DNA of 64,000 bases from contig CAWJQI010000004.1 in assembly GCA_963845085.1 (NCBI GenBank), positions 64,001-128,000 of the forward strand, given 5' to 3'. The DNA is from Candidatus Fermentibacterota bacterium. GTDB taxonomy: Bacteria; Fermentibacterota; Fermentibacteria; Fermentibacterales; JCC-6. The notes beneath the pieces are model-generated. The model saw nothing but the letters and a program-made list of their open reading frames with translations, did not search any database and had not been told where the DNA came from. Position 1 is the stretch's first letter. Each line of letters opens with the position of its first letter. Shown piece by piece: positions 30,721 to 41,214 of this stretch. The position numbers and the translations under genes are program-made.

Positions 30721-31701
30721 CTACCCCTGGAATGCGTTTTCGTACGCCTCCGCCCTGAAGGTGTCAGGGTAGCCCGTAACAAGAAGCACATCGAACCTGC
30801 AGTCGCCCCTGAACCCCGAGGATGAAAGCCATTCCGAGGCGGCGGCGGTGATTCTTCTCTTTCTCAGGAAATCCACCTTGGCGAGGGCCAGGTGTTCGCA
30901 GCCTTCGAGGGCGTGCTTCACCTCAATGAAGGCTGCCGTGCCGTCGCGCACGGCGATTATGTCAATCTCCCCGTTCCTGGTGCGCCAGTTCCGCTCCCTG
31001 ATGCCATAGCCCCTCTCCACGAGCCATTCCGCGGCAAACTCCTCGGCGAGCCGTCCCGCATTCGGCGGGGTGGGATCGAACAGGTCTCCGGAACTGCCGG
31101 CGGAGTGGTCCTTGAGGGGCGCGAAGGACATCCTGTGCTCGGGACAGGGGCCATGCCGGAAAATGGCCTCGACATGGAGCCGCGACCCGTAGCCCTTGTG
31201 TCCGGCAAACCCGTACTCGGGATACCTTCCGTCAAGCTCGAGCATCATGTCGTCACGGGTCACCTTGGCGAGCACGCCGGCGGCGGCCACCGATGCGCTC
31301 TTCGAGTCCCCCTTCACGAGGAACCTGCAGGGATGGGGAAGACCCGAAACCGGGTTGCCGTCGACGAGGAAGATCAGGCCGGCCTTTGCCACAGGCTCCA
31401 TTGCCCTTTTGAATGCGGTTCTGATCGCTGTGCCCATGCCGCTGCCGTCAATCTCGGCCGGGGTGACGACCCCGGTTCCGATGGACAGGGCACACCCCCG
31501 AATCAGCGGTGCAAGCACCCTTCGTTTCCTGTCGGTAAGAACCTTGCTGTCCGCGAGACCGGGCAGATCGGGGTCAGACGGCAGCACGACCGCGCATGCG
31601 ACAAGGGGCCCCGCGAGGGGACCCCTTCCAGCTTCGTCCACACCGGCGAAAGGACCGATCTCGGCCCTCAGCCCAGAGTCAAAGAGGAACAGCCCGTCCA
31701 C
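30721..31701 (-). CDS. rnhB: Ribonuclease HII fused to YraN (UPF0102) nuclease-like domain
   Basis: AGVDEAGRGPLAGP, DSK, KGDSKS..AAA..AKVTRD, HKGYG, HRMSF; then GRLAEEFAAEWL..GY.IRERNWR..GEIDIIA..FIEVK..RFDV. Confidence 0.92.
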   Translation of the reverse strand: MDGLFLFDSGLRAEIGPFAGVDEAGRGPLAGPLVACAVVLPSDPDLPGLADSKVLTDRKRRVLAPLIRGCALSIGTGVVTPAEIDGSGMGTAIRTAFKRAMEPVAKAGLIFLVDGNPVSGLPHPCRFLVKGDSKSASVAAAGVLAKVTRDDMMLELDGRYPEYGFAGHKGYGSRLHVEAIFRHGPCPEHRMSFAPLKDHSAGSSGDLFDPTPPNAGRLAEEFAAEWLVERGYGIRERNWRTRNGEIDIIAVRDGTAAFIEVKHALEGCEHLALAKVDFLRKRRITAAASEWLSSSGFRGDCRFDVLLVTGYPDTFRAEAYENAFQG

Positions 31702-32057
31702 TAGGGCTGGAACGTGCGGCGTTCCTTGATCCTGGCGGCCTTGCCGGTCTTCTCCCTGAGGTAGAACAGCTTGGCCCTTCTGACCTTGCCGGCTCTCAGG
31801 ACTTCAAGGCTGTCGATCTTCGGGGAATGCACGGGGAAAACCCTCTCCACGCCGATTCCGCCGGAAATCTTTCTAACGGTGAAGGTCTCGCCCGTGCCGC
31901 TTCCCCTTCTGGAGATCACGACGCCCTGGAAGACCTGAATCCTCACCTTGTCGCCTTCCTTGACCTGGAAGTTCACCTTCACGGTGTCTCCGGGCCGGAA
32001 CTCGGGCAGGTGGGTCTTCAACTGGGAGCTCTCAACGCTCCGCATGAGCTGATCCAT
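31701..32057 (-). CDS. rplS: 50S ribosomal protein L19
   Basis: [39 protein letters not shown]. Confidence 0.98.
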   Translation of the reverse strand: MDQLMRSVESSQLKTHLPEFRPGDTVKVNFQVKEGDKVRIQVFQGVVISRRGSGTGETFTVRKISGGIGVERVFPVHSPKIDSLEVLRAGKVRRAKLFYLREKTGKAARIKERRTFQP

Positions 32058-32059
32058 TT

Positions 32060-32800
32060 CTACTCCTTCGCACGGTCGGCCCGGTGCATCACTTCGCCGA
32101 ACCGCTGTTCCCTTTCCTTATCACTCGAACCGTCTTCAAGCAGCTCCGGCCTGACACGCCGGGTTTTTTCCAAAGCAGCCCGGTATCTCCAGGCGATTAT
32201 CTCCCTGTGGTTCCCTGAAAGAAGAACATCGGGAACCCCCATGCCGCGGAACTCAGCGGGCCTCGTGTAGCGGGGGTAGTCGAGAAGCCCCGTTGCAAAA
32301 CTGTCACTCTCGGCCGACTCGTACCTTCCAAGAACACCCGGGATCCACCTGAACACAGCGTCGAGCAGGAACATTGCGGGCACTTCGCCGCCGCTGACCA
32401 CGGTGTCACCGATGCATACTTCGTCGGTCACCGCCTGCCTGAACCTCTCGTCGACCCCGCCGTAACGGCCGCAGAAAACAACAAGCCTGTCCTCGCAGGC
32501 AAGCTCCCGTGTGAACCCGGTGTCCAGCCTGCGCCCCTGCGGGCTCATCAGGACCACCCTGGCACCCTGGTGCCACTCCAGGGATTCAAGCGTATCGAAC
32601 AGCGGTTCCGGCCTCATTATCATGCCGGCGCCGCCGCCGAACTGGTAATCGTCAACGGAACCCCTGGCATCGACGGGATGATCGCGAATGTCCAGAAGGG
32701 ATACGCTGACAATCCCGCCCTTAACCGCTCTGCCCACTACGCCGGTCTCGAGGAACGCCGTGAAAAGCTCGGGAAAAACCGTTGCCACAGCGGCTCTCAC
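32060..32800 (-). CDS. trmD: tRNA (guanine37-N1)-methyltransferase
   Basis: [38 protein letters not shown]. Confidence 0.97.
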   Translation of the reverse strand: MRAAVATVFPELFTAFLETGVVGRAVKGGIVSVSLLDIRDHPVDARGSVDDYQFGGGAGMIMRPEPLFDTLESLEWHQGARVVLMSPQGRRLDTGFTRELACEDRLVVFCGRYGGVDERFRQAVTDEVCIGDTVVSGGEVPAMFLLDAVFRWIPGVLGRYESAESDSFATGLLDYPRYTRPAEFRGMGVPDVLLSGNHREIIAWRYRAALEKTRRVRPELLEDGSSDKEREQRFGEVMHRADRAKE

Positions 32801-33297
32801 AGATCCTCCAGACCCTCCGGGAGCAGGACCAGAACCTCTCCGGCCTCAAGGTCCACTTTTCCCCTGACCAGCAGGTTCATCGGCGCCATGAAGTGCCCGT
32901 TGGGGCCGTCCAGAATCACCTGCGGGTTCACGGGGTTCCACTCCACTTCAATGACCGGGAACCTCCGTTCCCGGGAAACAACATCGAAACCCTGGAACAG
33001 GTATACGGGAAGGGGAAACCCCGGACCCGCAACCTGGGCGGGAAGCGCAAACACCTCTTCGCCCTTCAACTGCAGAGCATCCTCTGAGGTTGTTATGCCA
33101 TCCAGCTCAACGGTGATGGAAACCTGGTCCTTCTCCTTCGAGGACAGAACCCTGAGCTCCCTGTCACCGCAATGCAGGATGGTTCCCGGCGAGAGCGCCA
33201 CTGCGCGCCCCATCACGAACACCCTGAGAACCAGTCTGCCGGTCAGGCCCTGCGGTTTTTCAAAAAAACCGTAGCAGACCAGGCCGGTATCAGTCAA
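32797..33297 (-). CDS. rimM: Ribosome maturation factor RimM
   Basis: KPQGLTG, position between khpA and trmD, C-terminal VDLEAG...LPEGLED. Confidence 0.85.
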   Translation of the reverse strand: MTDTGLVCYGFFEKPQGLTGRLVLRVFVMGRAVALSPGTILHCGDRELRVLSSKEKDQVSITVELDGITTSEDALQLKGEEVFALPAQVAGPGFPLPVYLFQGFDVVSRERRFPVIEVEWNPVNPQVILDGPNGHFMAPMNLLVRGKVDLEAGEVLVLLPEGLEDL

Positions 33298-33523
33298 TGA
33301 TCTCTATGGTGGCCTTCTCGCCGTTCCTGGCCGCAGCGGAACGAACAATCATCCGCATCGCCTTGGCGATCCGCCCCTCCTTGCCGATGACCCTGCCCAG
33401 ATCGGCCTCCTGGACCCTGAGCTCGTAAACGGTCACGCCTTCCTCATCGGTCTTGACCTCAACGCTCACGCCTTCAGGGTCGGCCACAAGAGTCTTGGCA
33501 ATGTGCTCAACGAGATCCTTCAT
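33290..33523 (-). CDS. khpA: KH-domain RNA-binding protein
   Basis: MKDLVEHIAKTLV, DLGRVIGKEGRIAKAMR. Confidence 0.93.
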   Translation of the reverse strand: MKDLVEHIAKTLVADPEGVSVEVKTDEEGVTVYELRVQEADLGRVIGKEGRIAKAMRMIVRSAAARNGEKATIEIID

Positions 33524-33559
33524 GTGAATCCTCCGGTTTCGGGTGTGGGTCGAATTCGC

Positions 33560-33886
33560 TTAAACCTGCGAGGTTCTCTTCTCTCCCTTGATAAACACCA
33601 CCTCGGGAGGGGTTGCCTCCTCGCCGGCCTTTTTTCTGCTCCACTTGGCCATCGTGCCGGTGCGCTTCAGGAGAGCAAGCACGCCGTCGCTGACCTGGGC
33701 GCCATCGCCGAGCCATTTGAAAACCTTTTCCTCGTCGACCTTCAGCTCAAGGGGCTGCTTCAGGGGGTCGTAGTACCCCAGAACCTCGATGAAATTGCCC
33801 CCCTGGGCTTTTCTGGCGTCGGCCGCCACTATTCGGTAGAAGGGTTGCTTGGCGCTTCCCATTCTCCTCAGTCTAATCCTGACCAA
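33560..33886 (-). CDS. rpsP: 30S ribosomal protein S16
   Basis: VRIRLRRMGSAKQPFYRIVAADAR, IEVLGYYDP. Confidence 0.98.
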   Translation of the reverse strand: MVRIRLRRMGSAKQPFYRIVAADARKAQGGNFIEVLGYYDPLKQPLELKVDEEKVFKWLGDGAQVSDGVLALLKRTGTMAKWSRKKAGEEATPPEVVFIKGEKRTSQV

Positions 33887-33905
33887 AAGTCACCTCCGTG
33901 TAGGG

Positions 33906-35237
33906 TCAGCGAAACATGCCCGGGAAGCCTCCACGGACTCCGGGTTTCTTCATGGACTTCATCCTCTTCATCATCTTCTTCATATCCCTGAACTGGGAGA
34001 GAAGCCGGTTCACCTCCGAGACCCGGGTTCCGCTTCCCATGGCAATCCTCTTCCTGCGGCTTCCGCAGATCATATCGGGCCTGCGCCTCTCCTGCGGGGT
34101 CATGGAGCCGATTATTGCCTCCATTCTTGCGAAGGAGCCGGTGTCGACCTCCGCTTCCGCGGGGCGCATTCCCGCAGGCAACATGGCTAGTATATCACCC
34201 AACGAACCCATTTTGCGAATCTTCTTCATCTGCCCCGCAAAGTCCTCGAGTGTGAAATCGTTGTTCCGGAATTTCTTCTCGAGCTTGAGGGCTTCCTCCT
34301 GGTCAAATCCCTCCTGGGCCTTCTCCACAAGCCCCACGACGTCGCCCATTCCAAGGATTCGCCCGGCAAGCCGCCTGGGATCGAAGGCTTCGAGGCCTTC
34401 GACGCCTTCGCCGGTGCCCACGAACTTTATGGGGCGCCCTGTCACCGCGGTGAAGGAGAGGGCCGCACCGCCCCGTGAATCACCGTCCATCTTGGTGAGG
34501 ACCGATCCGGTAAAGCCTGTTCTCTCCTGGAACTTGACCGCCACGTTCACGGCGTCCTGCCCGGTGAGGCCGTCGAGAACAAGGAGAATCTCCTCGGGTT
34601 TCACCGCGTCCCTGACCCTGACGAGCTCGTTCATCAGCTCCTCGTCGACATGAAGACGCCCTGCGGTGTCGACGATCACGGTGTCGTACTGCTGAAGCCT
34701 GGCCTGGTTCAGCGCCTCGCGGGCAACCGCTGCAGGATCCTTTGCCGACCGGTTGCAGTAGAATCCCGCTCCCGCCTTGCCGGCCATGATCTCAAGCTGG
34801 TCGATGGCCGCCGGCCGCTGGAGGTCGCACGCGACAAGAAGGCTTCTGCGGTTCTTCTTCTTAGCAAGCCACCAGGCGAGCCTTGCTGCGGTTGTGGTTT
34901 TACCTGAGCCCTGCAGACCGCAGAGCAGCACCACATGGGGAGGGCTGCCTGTAAACGATATGGATGAAGGAACGGAGCCCAGAAGCTCGACAAGTTGGTC
35001 GTGGACGATCTTGACAACCTGCTGGCCGGGGGAAAGGCTTTTCAGAACCTTTTCACCGACGGCCTTCTCACGGGCCTCGGCAACGAACCTGCCCGCGACC
35101 TTGAAGTTGACATCGGCTTCGAGGAGCGCTCTGCGGATCTCCCTCATGGCATCGGAGATGTTGCCCTCGGTGAGCACACCCCTGCCGCTCAGGGTCCTGA
35201 AGGTTTCTGAAAGTCTCTCCGCAAGCCTGTCAAACAC
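33906..35237 (-). CDS. ffh: Signal recognition particle protein
   Basis: ALLEADV, GLQGSGKTT, DTAGR, TKMDGDSRGG, Met-rich M domain; GTG start. Confidence 0.98.
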   Translation of the reverse strand: MFDRLAERLSETFRTLSGRGVLTEGNISDAMREIRRALLEADVNFKVAGRFVAEAREKAVGEKVLKSLSPGQQVVKIVHDQLVELLGSVPSSISFTGSPPHVVLLCGLQGSGKTTTAARLAWWLAKKKNRRSLLVACDLQRPAAIDQLEIMAGKAGAGFYCNRSAKDPAAVAREALNQARLQQYDTVIVDTAGRLHVDEELMNELVRVRDAVKPEEILLVLDGLTGQDAVNVAVKFQERTGFTGSVLTKMDGDSRGGAALSFTAVTGRPIKFVGTGEGVEGLEAFDPRRLAGRILGMGDVVGLVEKAQEGFDQEEALKLEKKFRNNDFTLEDFAGQMKKIRKMGSLGDILAMLPAGMRPAEAEVDTGSFARMEAIIGSMTPQERRRPDMICGSRRKRIAMGSGTRVSEVNRLLSQFRDMKKMMKRMKSMKKPGVRGGFPGMFR

Positions 35238-35338
35238 TTGTGCGCCTTTCAACTTCCCGGGGCACACCTATACCCCTTCGAAAGTACGCAACTATACTTC
35301 ACGGGGAATGCATATTCAAGTGCCTGAAAGGTCCGGAG

Positions 35339-35668
35339 CTACTCCTCCATCAGGAGTATGGAACCGTGTCCCGCAGGGCAGGACAGCGTTCGCTCTTCGT
35401 CGTCGATCTCGAGCACATACCTTTCTGCCGACACCGGACACACGAGAAGAGAGTCGGGAAGCGCTGTCCGTAGCAACTCATCGGTTACGACGCGCTGATC
35501 GTTGTCGTACTCCCAGCTCATGAGATCGTATGCTGCCTTGTCGAGAACGGCCCTGCAGCGGTTCGCGTCGAGACGTGCGCGGAAGTCATCGATGGTGGTG
35601 AGTTCGGTCTGCTCCCCGCAGGCGGCGAGCAGCAGAAGGGCGGCAAGAGACGCAAGAACAAGCCTCAT
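35339..35668 (-). CDS. Hypothetical lipoprotein
   Basis: Lipobox LLAAC; CP..CPAGHG C-terminus. Confidence 0.65.
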   Translation of the reverse strand: MRLVLASLAALLLLAACGEQTELTTIDDFRARLDANRCRAVLDKAAYDLMSWEYDNDQRVVTDELLRTALPDSLLVCPVSAERYVLEIDDEERTLSCPAGHGSILLMEE

Positions 35669-36328
35669 GAAACACCCCTTAGTGATGCGATCATTTTAGC
35701 GGGGTCGGAGGCCCCCGTGATGAATGTACCACTGGCAAGCACCGATGCTCCGGCTTCGATCAGAGCCCCGGCGTTCTGATCGGTTACGCCCCCGTCGACG
35801 GAGACGTGTGCGGAACGGTTGCCGCATGCATCGAGCATCTCACGCACAGCTCTGACCTTGGAAGGCGTGGAAGGGATGAAGGACTGCCCGCCGTAACCCG
35901 GGTTGACCGCCATCACGAGAACAAGGTCGAGTCTGGGAGCCATCCACCGAATGACTTCGGGCGATGTTCCGGGGTTCAGTGCAAGCCCTGCAAGGCAGCC
36001 AAGCTCCCGGATCCTCATGAGAAGCCTGTCCGGGTGCTTCTCGGAGGATTCGGGATGAAAAGTGATGCACCTGCAGCCCGCAGAGGCGAACGCCTCAACC
36101 AGGGTGGCAGGATGCTCGACCATGAGATGGGCATCGACGGGTATGCCAACGCTGCCGCAAATGGAGCGGGCCGTTCCCGCGCCGAACGTGAGGACCGGAA
36201 CGAAAACCCCGTCCATTACATCGAGGTGAATCCAGTCGGCGCCGGCCTTCTCCATCGCCAGCAGCAGCCCCGGCCAGCCGTCCGTGGTCGCAGCCGAGAA
36301 GAGACGGGGCGACTACCAGGCTCCCCAT
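35665..36328 (-). CDS. rpe: Ribulose-phosphate 3-epimerase (frameshift near 36265)
   Basis: VAPSLL in one frame; ADWIHLDVMDG.FVP, DAHLMV, ALNPGT, MAVNPGYGGQ, VDGG in the next. Confidence 0.93.
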
Positions 36329-37077
36329 GTGGAGTCCGCCCTTCCGACAACCACCCTCACGGTGTCGCCATCCTGGTACATCGTGCCGCCTGCGGGGGTC
36401 TGCTCTATAATCCGTCCCGTCAAACCGGGATCTGCCACCATTCTGTTCTCAACAATCACCATGAAAAGCCCGCGTGCGTAAAGCAGGCTGTCAGCTTCAA
36501 CCTCGGACAAGCCCGAGAGGACCGGCATTCCCGTCCATCCCGTACTCACAAGAAGCCTGACGGTGCGTCTGACCGACAGGCTGTCGGGGAACCACGGGGA
36601 CGCCGAGATCACCCTTCCCTCGGGAACCGTCGGGTGTGGGACCCTTGTTCTTCCCCCGTTGTAGAGCTGCCAGTCAGCAACGAGCTCCTCGGCTTCCCCG
36701 GCGCTGAGACCCACGAGCTGCTCGGGAAAATACGGCCTGTAAAGCGGGCCGACGTTCCAGAACACATTCACGGGGGCGCCCCTGGGAACCTCGGTGCCGG
36801 GAGGCGGGTCCTGCCTTGTCACAAGCCCCATCGTCTCGAAATCTCCGTACTCGCTCCACTCCCCTGCAAGAAGGAGATTGCCTGATTCAATGACGCGCCG
36901 GGCATCCTGCCTCGAAAGGCCCACAACATCCGGAACCGCAACCGGCGCTGATGAATAGCCCATTGAGGAGATGAACACGGGCGTGCGGAACACCGCGGGC
37001 GCGGCAAGGCTTCCCGCGAGAAAACCCGTAACCATCCCGACAGTGATCAGAAGCACAATTGCGAGAGCCCTGTTCAA
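36313..37077 (-). CDS. Membrane-anchored PASTA-domain protein (3 repeats)
   Basis: VPDVVGLS..A, QDPPPGTEVPRG, MPVLSGLS..EA, IIEQTPAGG. Confidence 0.85.
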   Translation of the reverse strand: MNRALAIVLLITVGMVTGFLAGSLAAPAVFRTPVFISSMGYSSAPVAVPDVVGLSRQDARRVIESGNLLLAGEWSEYGDFETMGLVTRQDPPPGTEVPRGAPVNVFWNVGPLYRPYFPEQLVGLSAGEAEELVADWQLYNGGRTRVPHPTVPEGRVISASPWFPDSLSVRRTVRLLVSTGWTGMPVLSGLSEVEADSLLYARGLFMVIVENRMVADPGLTGRIIEQTPAGGTMYQDGDTVRVVVGRADSTWGAW

Positions 37078-37128
37078 AACATCCCCTTCGACTGACTCAT
37101 GAAATATGCGGGTTCACCGCGCTGAAAC

Positions 37129-37581
37129 CTACCCCTTGAGAAGCCGGTCGAGCTCCACCCGGAACTCGGACACATCCTTGAACTGGCGATAGACTGATGC
37201 AAACCGCACATATGCAACCTGGTCGAGGTCGTGAAGCAGGTCCATGATGCTCTGTCCAATAAGAACGGCCGGAACCTCCTCCGGTGAATCCTCAGTAACC
37301 CTGGCGATCACCCTGTCCACAAGGTCCCTGATGTCGGAGGCGCTGATCGGCCTCTTCTCGCAGGCGCGGGAGATCCCCTTCTCAAGTTTGACCGGATCGA
37401 AGGGTTCCCTGGTCCCGTTGCGCTTCACGACCACCGGGTATGACGTTTCGATGTACTCGTAGGTTGTGAACCTGTGCCCGCACTCGTTGCACTCCCGCCG
37501 CCGACGGGTCGCCCGGCCCTCTTTGACGGACCTGGAATCGACCACCCTGTCATTGTTGCTCGCACACCTGGGGCATTTCAT
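37129..37581 (-). CDS. nrdR: Transcriptional repressor NrdR
   Basis: MKCPRC..VVDSR..RRRRECNECGHRFTTYE, ATP cone, VAYVRFASVY. Confidence 0.98.
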   Translation of the reverse strand: MKCPRCASNNDRVVDSRSVKEGRATRRRRECNECGHRFTTYEYIETSYPVVVKRNGTREPFDPVKLEKGISRACEKRPISASDIRDLVDRVIARVTEDSPEEVPAVLIGQSIMDLLHDLDQVAYVRFASVYRQFKDVSEFRVELDRLLKG

Positions 37582-37628
37582 GGGCATTACACTGCTGCGC
37601 CGGGCGTGTTCCGTCAAGAGAAGCTTTC

Positions 37629-37657
37629 TTGACGGTTAGAGCGCAACCGGGTAGATT
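37629..37657 (+). promoter_or_regulatory. tRNA operon promoter
   Basis: TTGACG-17 bp-TAGATT just upstream of tRNA-His. Confidence 0.6.
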
Positions 37658-37669
37658 CCCGGGCACTAC

Positions 37670-37746
37670 GGTGGGAGTAGTTCAGTTGGTAGAGCCCTTG
37701 ACTGTGGATCAAGTGGTCGCCGGTTCAAGTCCGGTCTCCCACCCCA
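37670..37746 (+). tRNA. tRNA-His(GTG) with encoded G-1 and CCA
   Basis: Acceptor GTGGGAG/CTCCCAC, anticodon arm CTTGA-CTGTGGA-TCAAG, GGTTCAAGTCC. Confidence 0.95.
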
Positions 37747-37750
37747 CGAT

Positions 37751-37825
37751 GCGTCCCTGGCTCAATGGTAGAGCAGCGGACTCTTAATCCGCGGGTTCCG
37801 GGTTCGAGTCCCGGGGGGCGTACCA
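37751..37825 (+). tRNA. tRNA-Lys(CTT)
   Basis: GCGGA-CTCTTAA-TCCGC anticodon arm, GTTCGAGTC T-loop, ACCA end. Confidence 0.95.
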
Positions 37826-37863
37826 GATGGGGCACCGGAAACGGTGCCCCAACCAATTCCGAT

Positions 37864-37940
<77 letters not shown>

Positions 37941-37955
37941 GGACTGCTATCTCGG

Positions 37956-39164
37956 CTATATCTTCCGCAAGGCTTCAAGCAATTCCATCGGTTCCATGGA
38001 GAGCACTGTCTCAAGGGCCAGCCCTCCCTTGCCGATGAGCAGTATCCTGGCCTTCGGGTACTTTCTTTTAAACATGATCATTCCCGACCTTGCGTGCTCT
38101 CTGCCGCCTCCGTAACATTCGATTCCGACCAGCATATCGCGGCTTGAAACTACGAAGTCCACTTCACTTCCTCCGGCATTCCAGTAGCCAAGATCGAATT
38201 CAGGAGCGTGTGTGACAAAGCGGTAGAGAAATCCTCCAAGAGATGTTTCCACAATCCTCCCCATAACTCCGGGATCGAATCTCATGGCATTCTCATCAAC
38301 TCCCAGAACTGCATTTGTCAGTGCAGTATTCAAAGGCAGGAGCTTTGGGCTGGAGGCCCTTTGTCGCAATGCACTGCCGGAATACTTTCCGAGACCTGCG
38401 ACAAGCCCGGCGCTCTCGAGAAGGTTCAGATAGTGGGCGAGCGTCGTCGTGTTGCCGGCATCCTGAAGCTGCCCAAGCATCTTTGTGTAGGAAACGGTTT
38501 GACTCGGGTACCGGCAGGCCAGCATGAACAGGTTTCGAAGGAGAATCGGCTTTTCCACCCTGTTCATCATCAGGACGTCCCTTGAAATGGAAGTTTCGAT
38601 CAGCGAGTCAAGAATGTAGCTTCTGAATCTCTGAAAATCGTTGATGAGATCAGCTGCTCCGGGGTATCCGCCAAAAACCAGGTACTGCTGAAGCGTATAG
38701 CCAAAGGCTTCTTTCATTTCGGAGTATTCCCAGTGCCCCATGCGGATAACCTCGAATCTGCCAGCAAGGCTTTCGGTCAGACCGGCCTGCATGAGCAGCG
38801 GAGAGGAACCCAGCAGTACAACAAAAAGGCGATCCGGTCTTTCCAGCTCATCATCCCAGAGACCTTTGACGGTCTCCGACCAGCCCGGAACCTTCTGAAC
38901 TTCGTCCAGAACCAGAATTGTCCTGCCACCTGAGCTTCCCATCCTGGCTGCATTCCAGCAGGATTCCACCCATGTTCTGTCTCCAGGAGCAGGAAAATCC
39001 GCAGAGTTGTAGAAAACCTTCCCGCCGTCCTCCCGAAGAGTCTCCAACACCTGGCGGACCATGGTGGTTTTCCCAACCTGCCTGGGTCCCGAAACAACCT
39101 GAATTCTTGATGGCTGCCCTCTGAGCCTTGAGAGCAGTGTTCCGTAAGTGCTTCTTCTAAACAC
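37956..39164 (-). CDS. AAA_14 ATPase with DUF4143 C-terminal domain
   Basis: [34 protein letters not shown]. Confidence 0.9.
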   Translation of the reverse strand: MFRRSTYGTLLSRLRGQPSRIQVVSGPRQVGKTTMVRQVLETLREDGGKVFYNSADFPAPGDRTWVESCWNAARMGSSGGRTILVLDEVQKVPGWSETVKGLWDDELERPDRLFVVLLGSSPLLMQAGLTESLAGRFEVIRMGHWEYSEMKEAFGYTLQQYLVFGGYPGAADLINDFQRFRSYILDSLIETSISRDVLMMNRVEKPILLRNLFMLACRYPSQTVSYTKMLGQLQDAGNTTTLAHYLNLLESAGLVAGLGKYSGSALRQRASSPKLLPLNTALTNAVLGVDENAMRFDPGVMGRIVETSLGGFLYRFVTHAPEFDLGYWNAGGSEVDFVVSSRDMLVGIECYGGGREHARSGMIMFKRKYPKARILLIGKGGLALETVLSMEPMELLEALRKI

Positions 39165-39174
39165 GTTACTCCTC

Positions 39175-39224
39175 TTTACTCATTGCACTGAGTAAATTTA
39201 CTCAATGTACTGAGTAAATGTCAA
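39175..39224 (-). promoter_or_regulatory. Tandem palindromic operators overlapping the ATPase promoter
   Basis: TTTACTCA-N6-TGAGTAAA twice (39175-39196, 39197-39218), abutting minus-strand TTGACA at 39224-39219. Confidence 0.75.
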
Positions 39225-39373
39225 ATCCGCCGGGGGCTCTTTTAAGCTCATGTGTTTCAAAGAAGCCAATTACGCTGACCATCGATCAAACGCGCATGAT
39301 CGATCACGGCATGGCTTTCGGCCCTGAGCGCAAGCGCCTTATCACACGATCTGCAAGTTCCCCTGCCTAATGC

Positions 39374-41075
39374 CTACCGCAACAGGCACACCGACTTCGA
39401 TGCGGTTCCCATGGGACCCGAGACGCGAATGGCGTATATGCCAGCGGGCAGAAGGCACCCGGAATCGTCAGCCCCATCCCAGGACAGGGTCTGCGGACCA
39501 GTCGTGAACTCACCGCTTCCGATGGTTCTCACAAGCCTTCCCGCGAGGTTGAAGACCTGAACGGAATAGTGGCCGGACTGCAACGGCTCGAAGGACACCG
39601 CCGTACCTGAGGCAAAGGGGTTCGGGCTGACATCGAGGGCCAGGTTCCGGGGGTCTCGGGGATCCGTCCCGATTCCGGTCTGCGTCACAGTGAACTGGAT
39701 GGTGTCGCTTGCGGCAACGGCACCCCCCGACCATGAGTCGATGATGAGTTCGTTGCTGCCGACATCGGCGAAGAGATCGTTTCGGTAGGTCCACTTCAGG
39801 CCCGTGCCGAACGCGTAGAGGCTGTCGTCCGAAGCGGCGATGTACATCACACCGTCGGTGATGGCAGGGCTGCCGGCAATCCCGCAACCGCTGGTGGCGG
39901 TTTCATAACTCCAGATCTCCTGCCCCGTCTCCTCGTCAACCGCACGGATGAACGCAGTCGGATCCGACTGCGTGAGTTCTCCCCAGAAAACCAAGCCATC
40001 TGCGATTCCGGGGGACCCATGAAGATAGTCGTTGCCCTTGGGTATCTGGAATTCCCACTCCATAACGGCGGAAAGAGCGTCCATAGAGATCACCCTGTTG
40101 GGGGGTGGTGATGAAACGATGCCGTAGAACAGCTTGCTGTCATGGTAAGCCGTGGTCGACGTGATCCCGACCGTGCCCCGGGCTTTGCCAGACAATCGAA
40201 CCGTCAGAGGCATCGATGGCGAACAGAATGTCGTCGAACATGCTGCCAATGTAGATGACACCGTCAACCAGGCATGGGGACGAGTCCCAGAAACCCCCGC
40301 ACTCGAAGAACCAGACGATCTCGCCGGTTTCGGTGTCAAGGGCGGTGAGTCCGCTCATCCCCGGTACGAACAGAAGGCCGTTCCAGGCAGTCATGACACC
40401 GAAGCAGTTGATGAAATCCGATGATCTCCAGATCTCCTGTCCGGTCAGGATGTCAAGTGCATGTACGTAGTAGCATGATGCGAAGACCATGTCATCGTAT
40501 ACGGCGGGAGGCCCTTGAAAGTAAATGTCCGGCCCGGAACCCCACCCGAATTCCCAGACCCTGGCACCTGTTTGAGCATCGAGGCAGTACACGGAATCAG
40601 CCGCAAAATATGCGAACCCGTCCTGGACATGCATGCCATCATCTACATAGGACCCTAAAACCTCGAAACGCCAGATCTCTGCGCCCGTTGCGACGTCGAG
40701 GCAGAAAGCGGTCTGCTGCTCCGTCGAAACGAAGTACACCCTTCCATCGACAATTACAGGTGTGGCGAACTCATGTTCCGATCCGGTGACGGGTGCTGTC
40801 CACATCACCGTGTTGTCGTGCGGCGCCGGAGATTCGGAGTAACCCGTACGGCAGTCGTTCGCCATGTAGGTGTACCAGTCGGTGACAAGCCGTGGAACAG
40901 GAGCGAACGGCTCCCCGTTCAGGGAGAAGACGACCGAGTCGGGCAGTTCGTTGTCGTTCTCGACAATTGCTTTCAATGTGAGCCAGCTGCCGTCGTAGAT
41001 GCCCCCGTCCTGGGGTTCAACGATGCAGACATCGACGGCCGACATTGCTGCGAGCACAAAAATGCAAATACTCAT
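39374..41075 (-). CDS. Secreted PQQ-like beta-propeller protein with FlgD-Ig/T9SS-type CTD; frameshift near 40180
   Basis: CLDVATGAEIW, LDAQTGARVW, LDTETGEIVW repeats; SPNPF..VFNLAGRLVR..WDGADDSG..PAGIY..KSVCLLR. Confidence 0.8.
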
Positions 41076-41214
41076 TTGTCCTCCCTTCGCCGGATCGCCA
41101 GTTCGGTCTGCACTGTAAAATCCACCAACAGGAAGGCAGTCCGCGCATGGAAACAACGCAACGCTCAAACGCCTCGGAACCTGCCGTTCAGGGGTTCATC
41201 CGCTTTTGCAGGGC

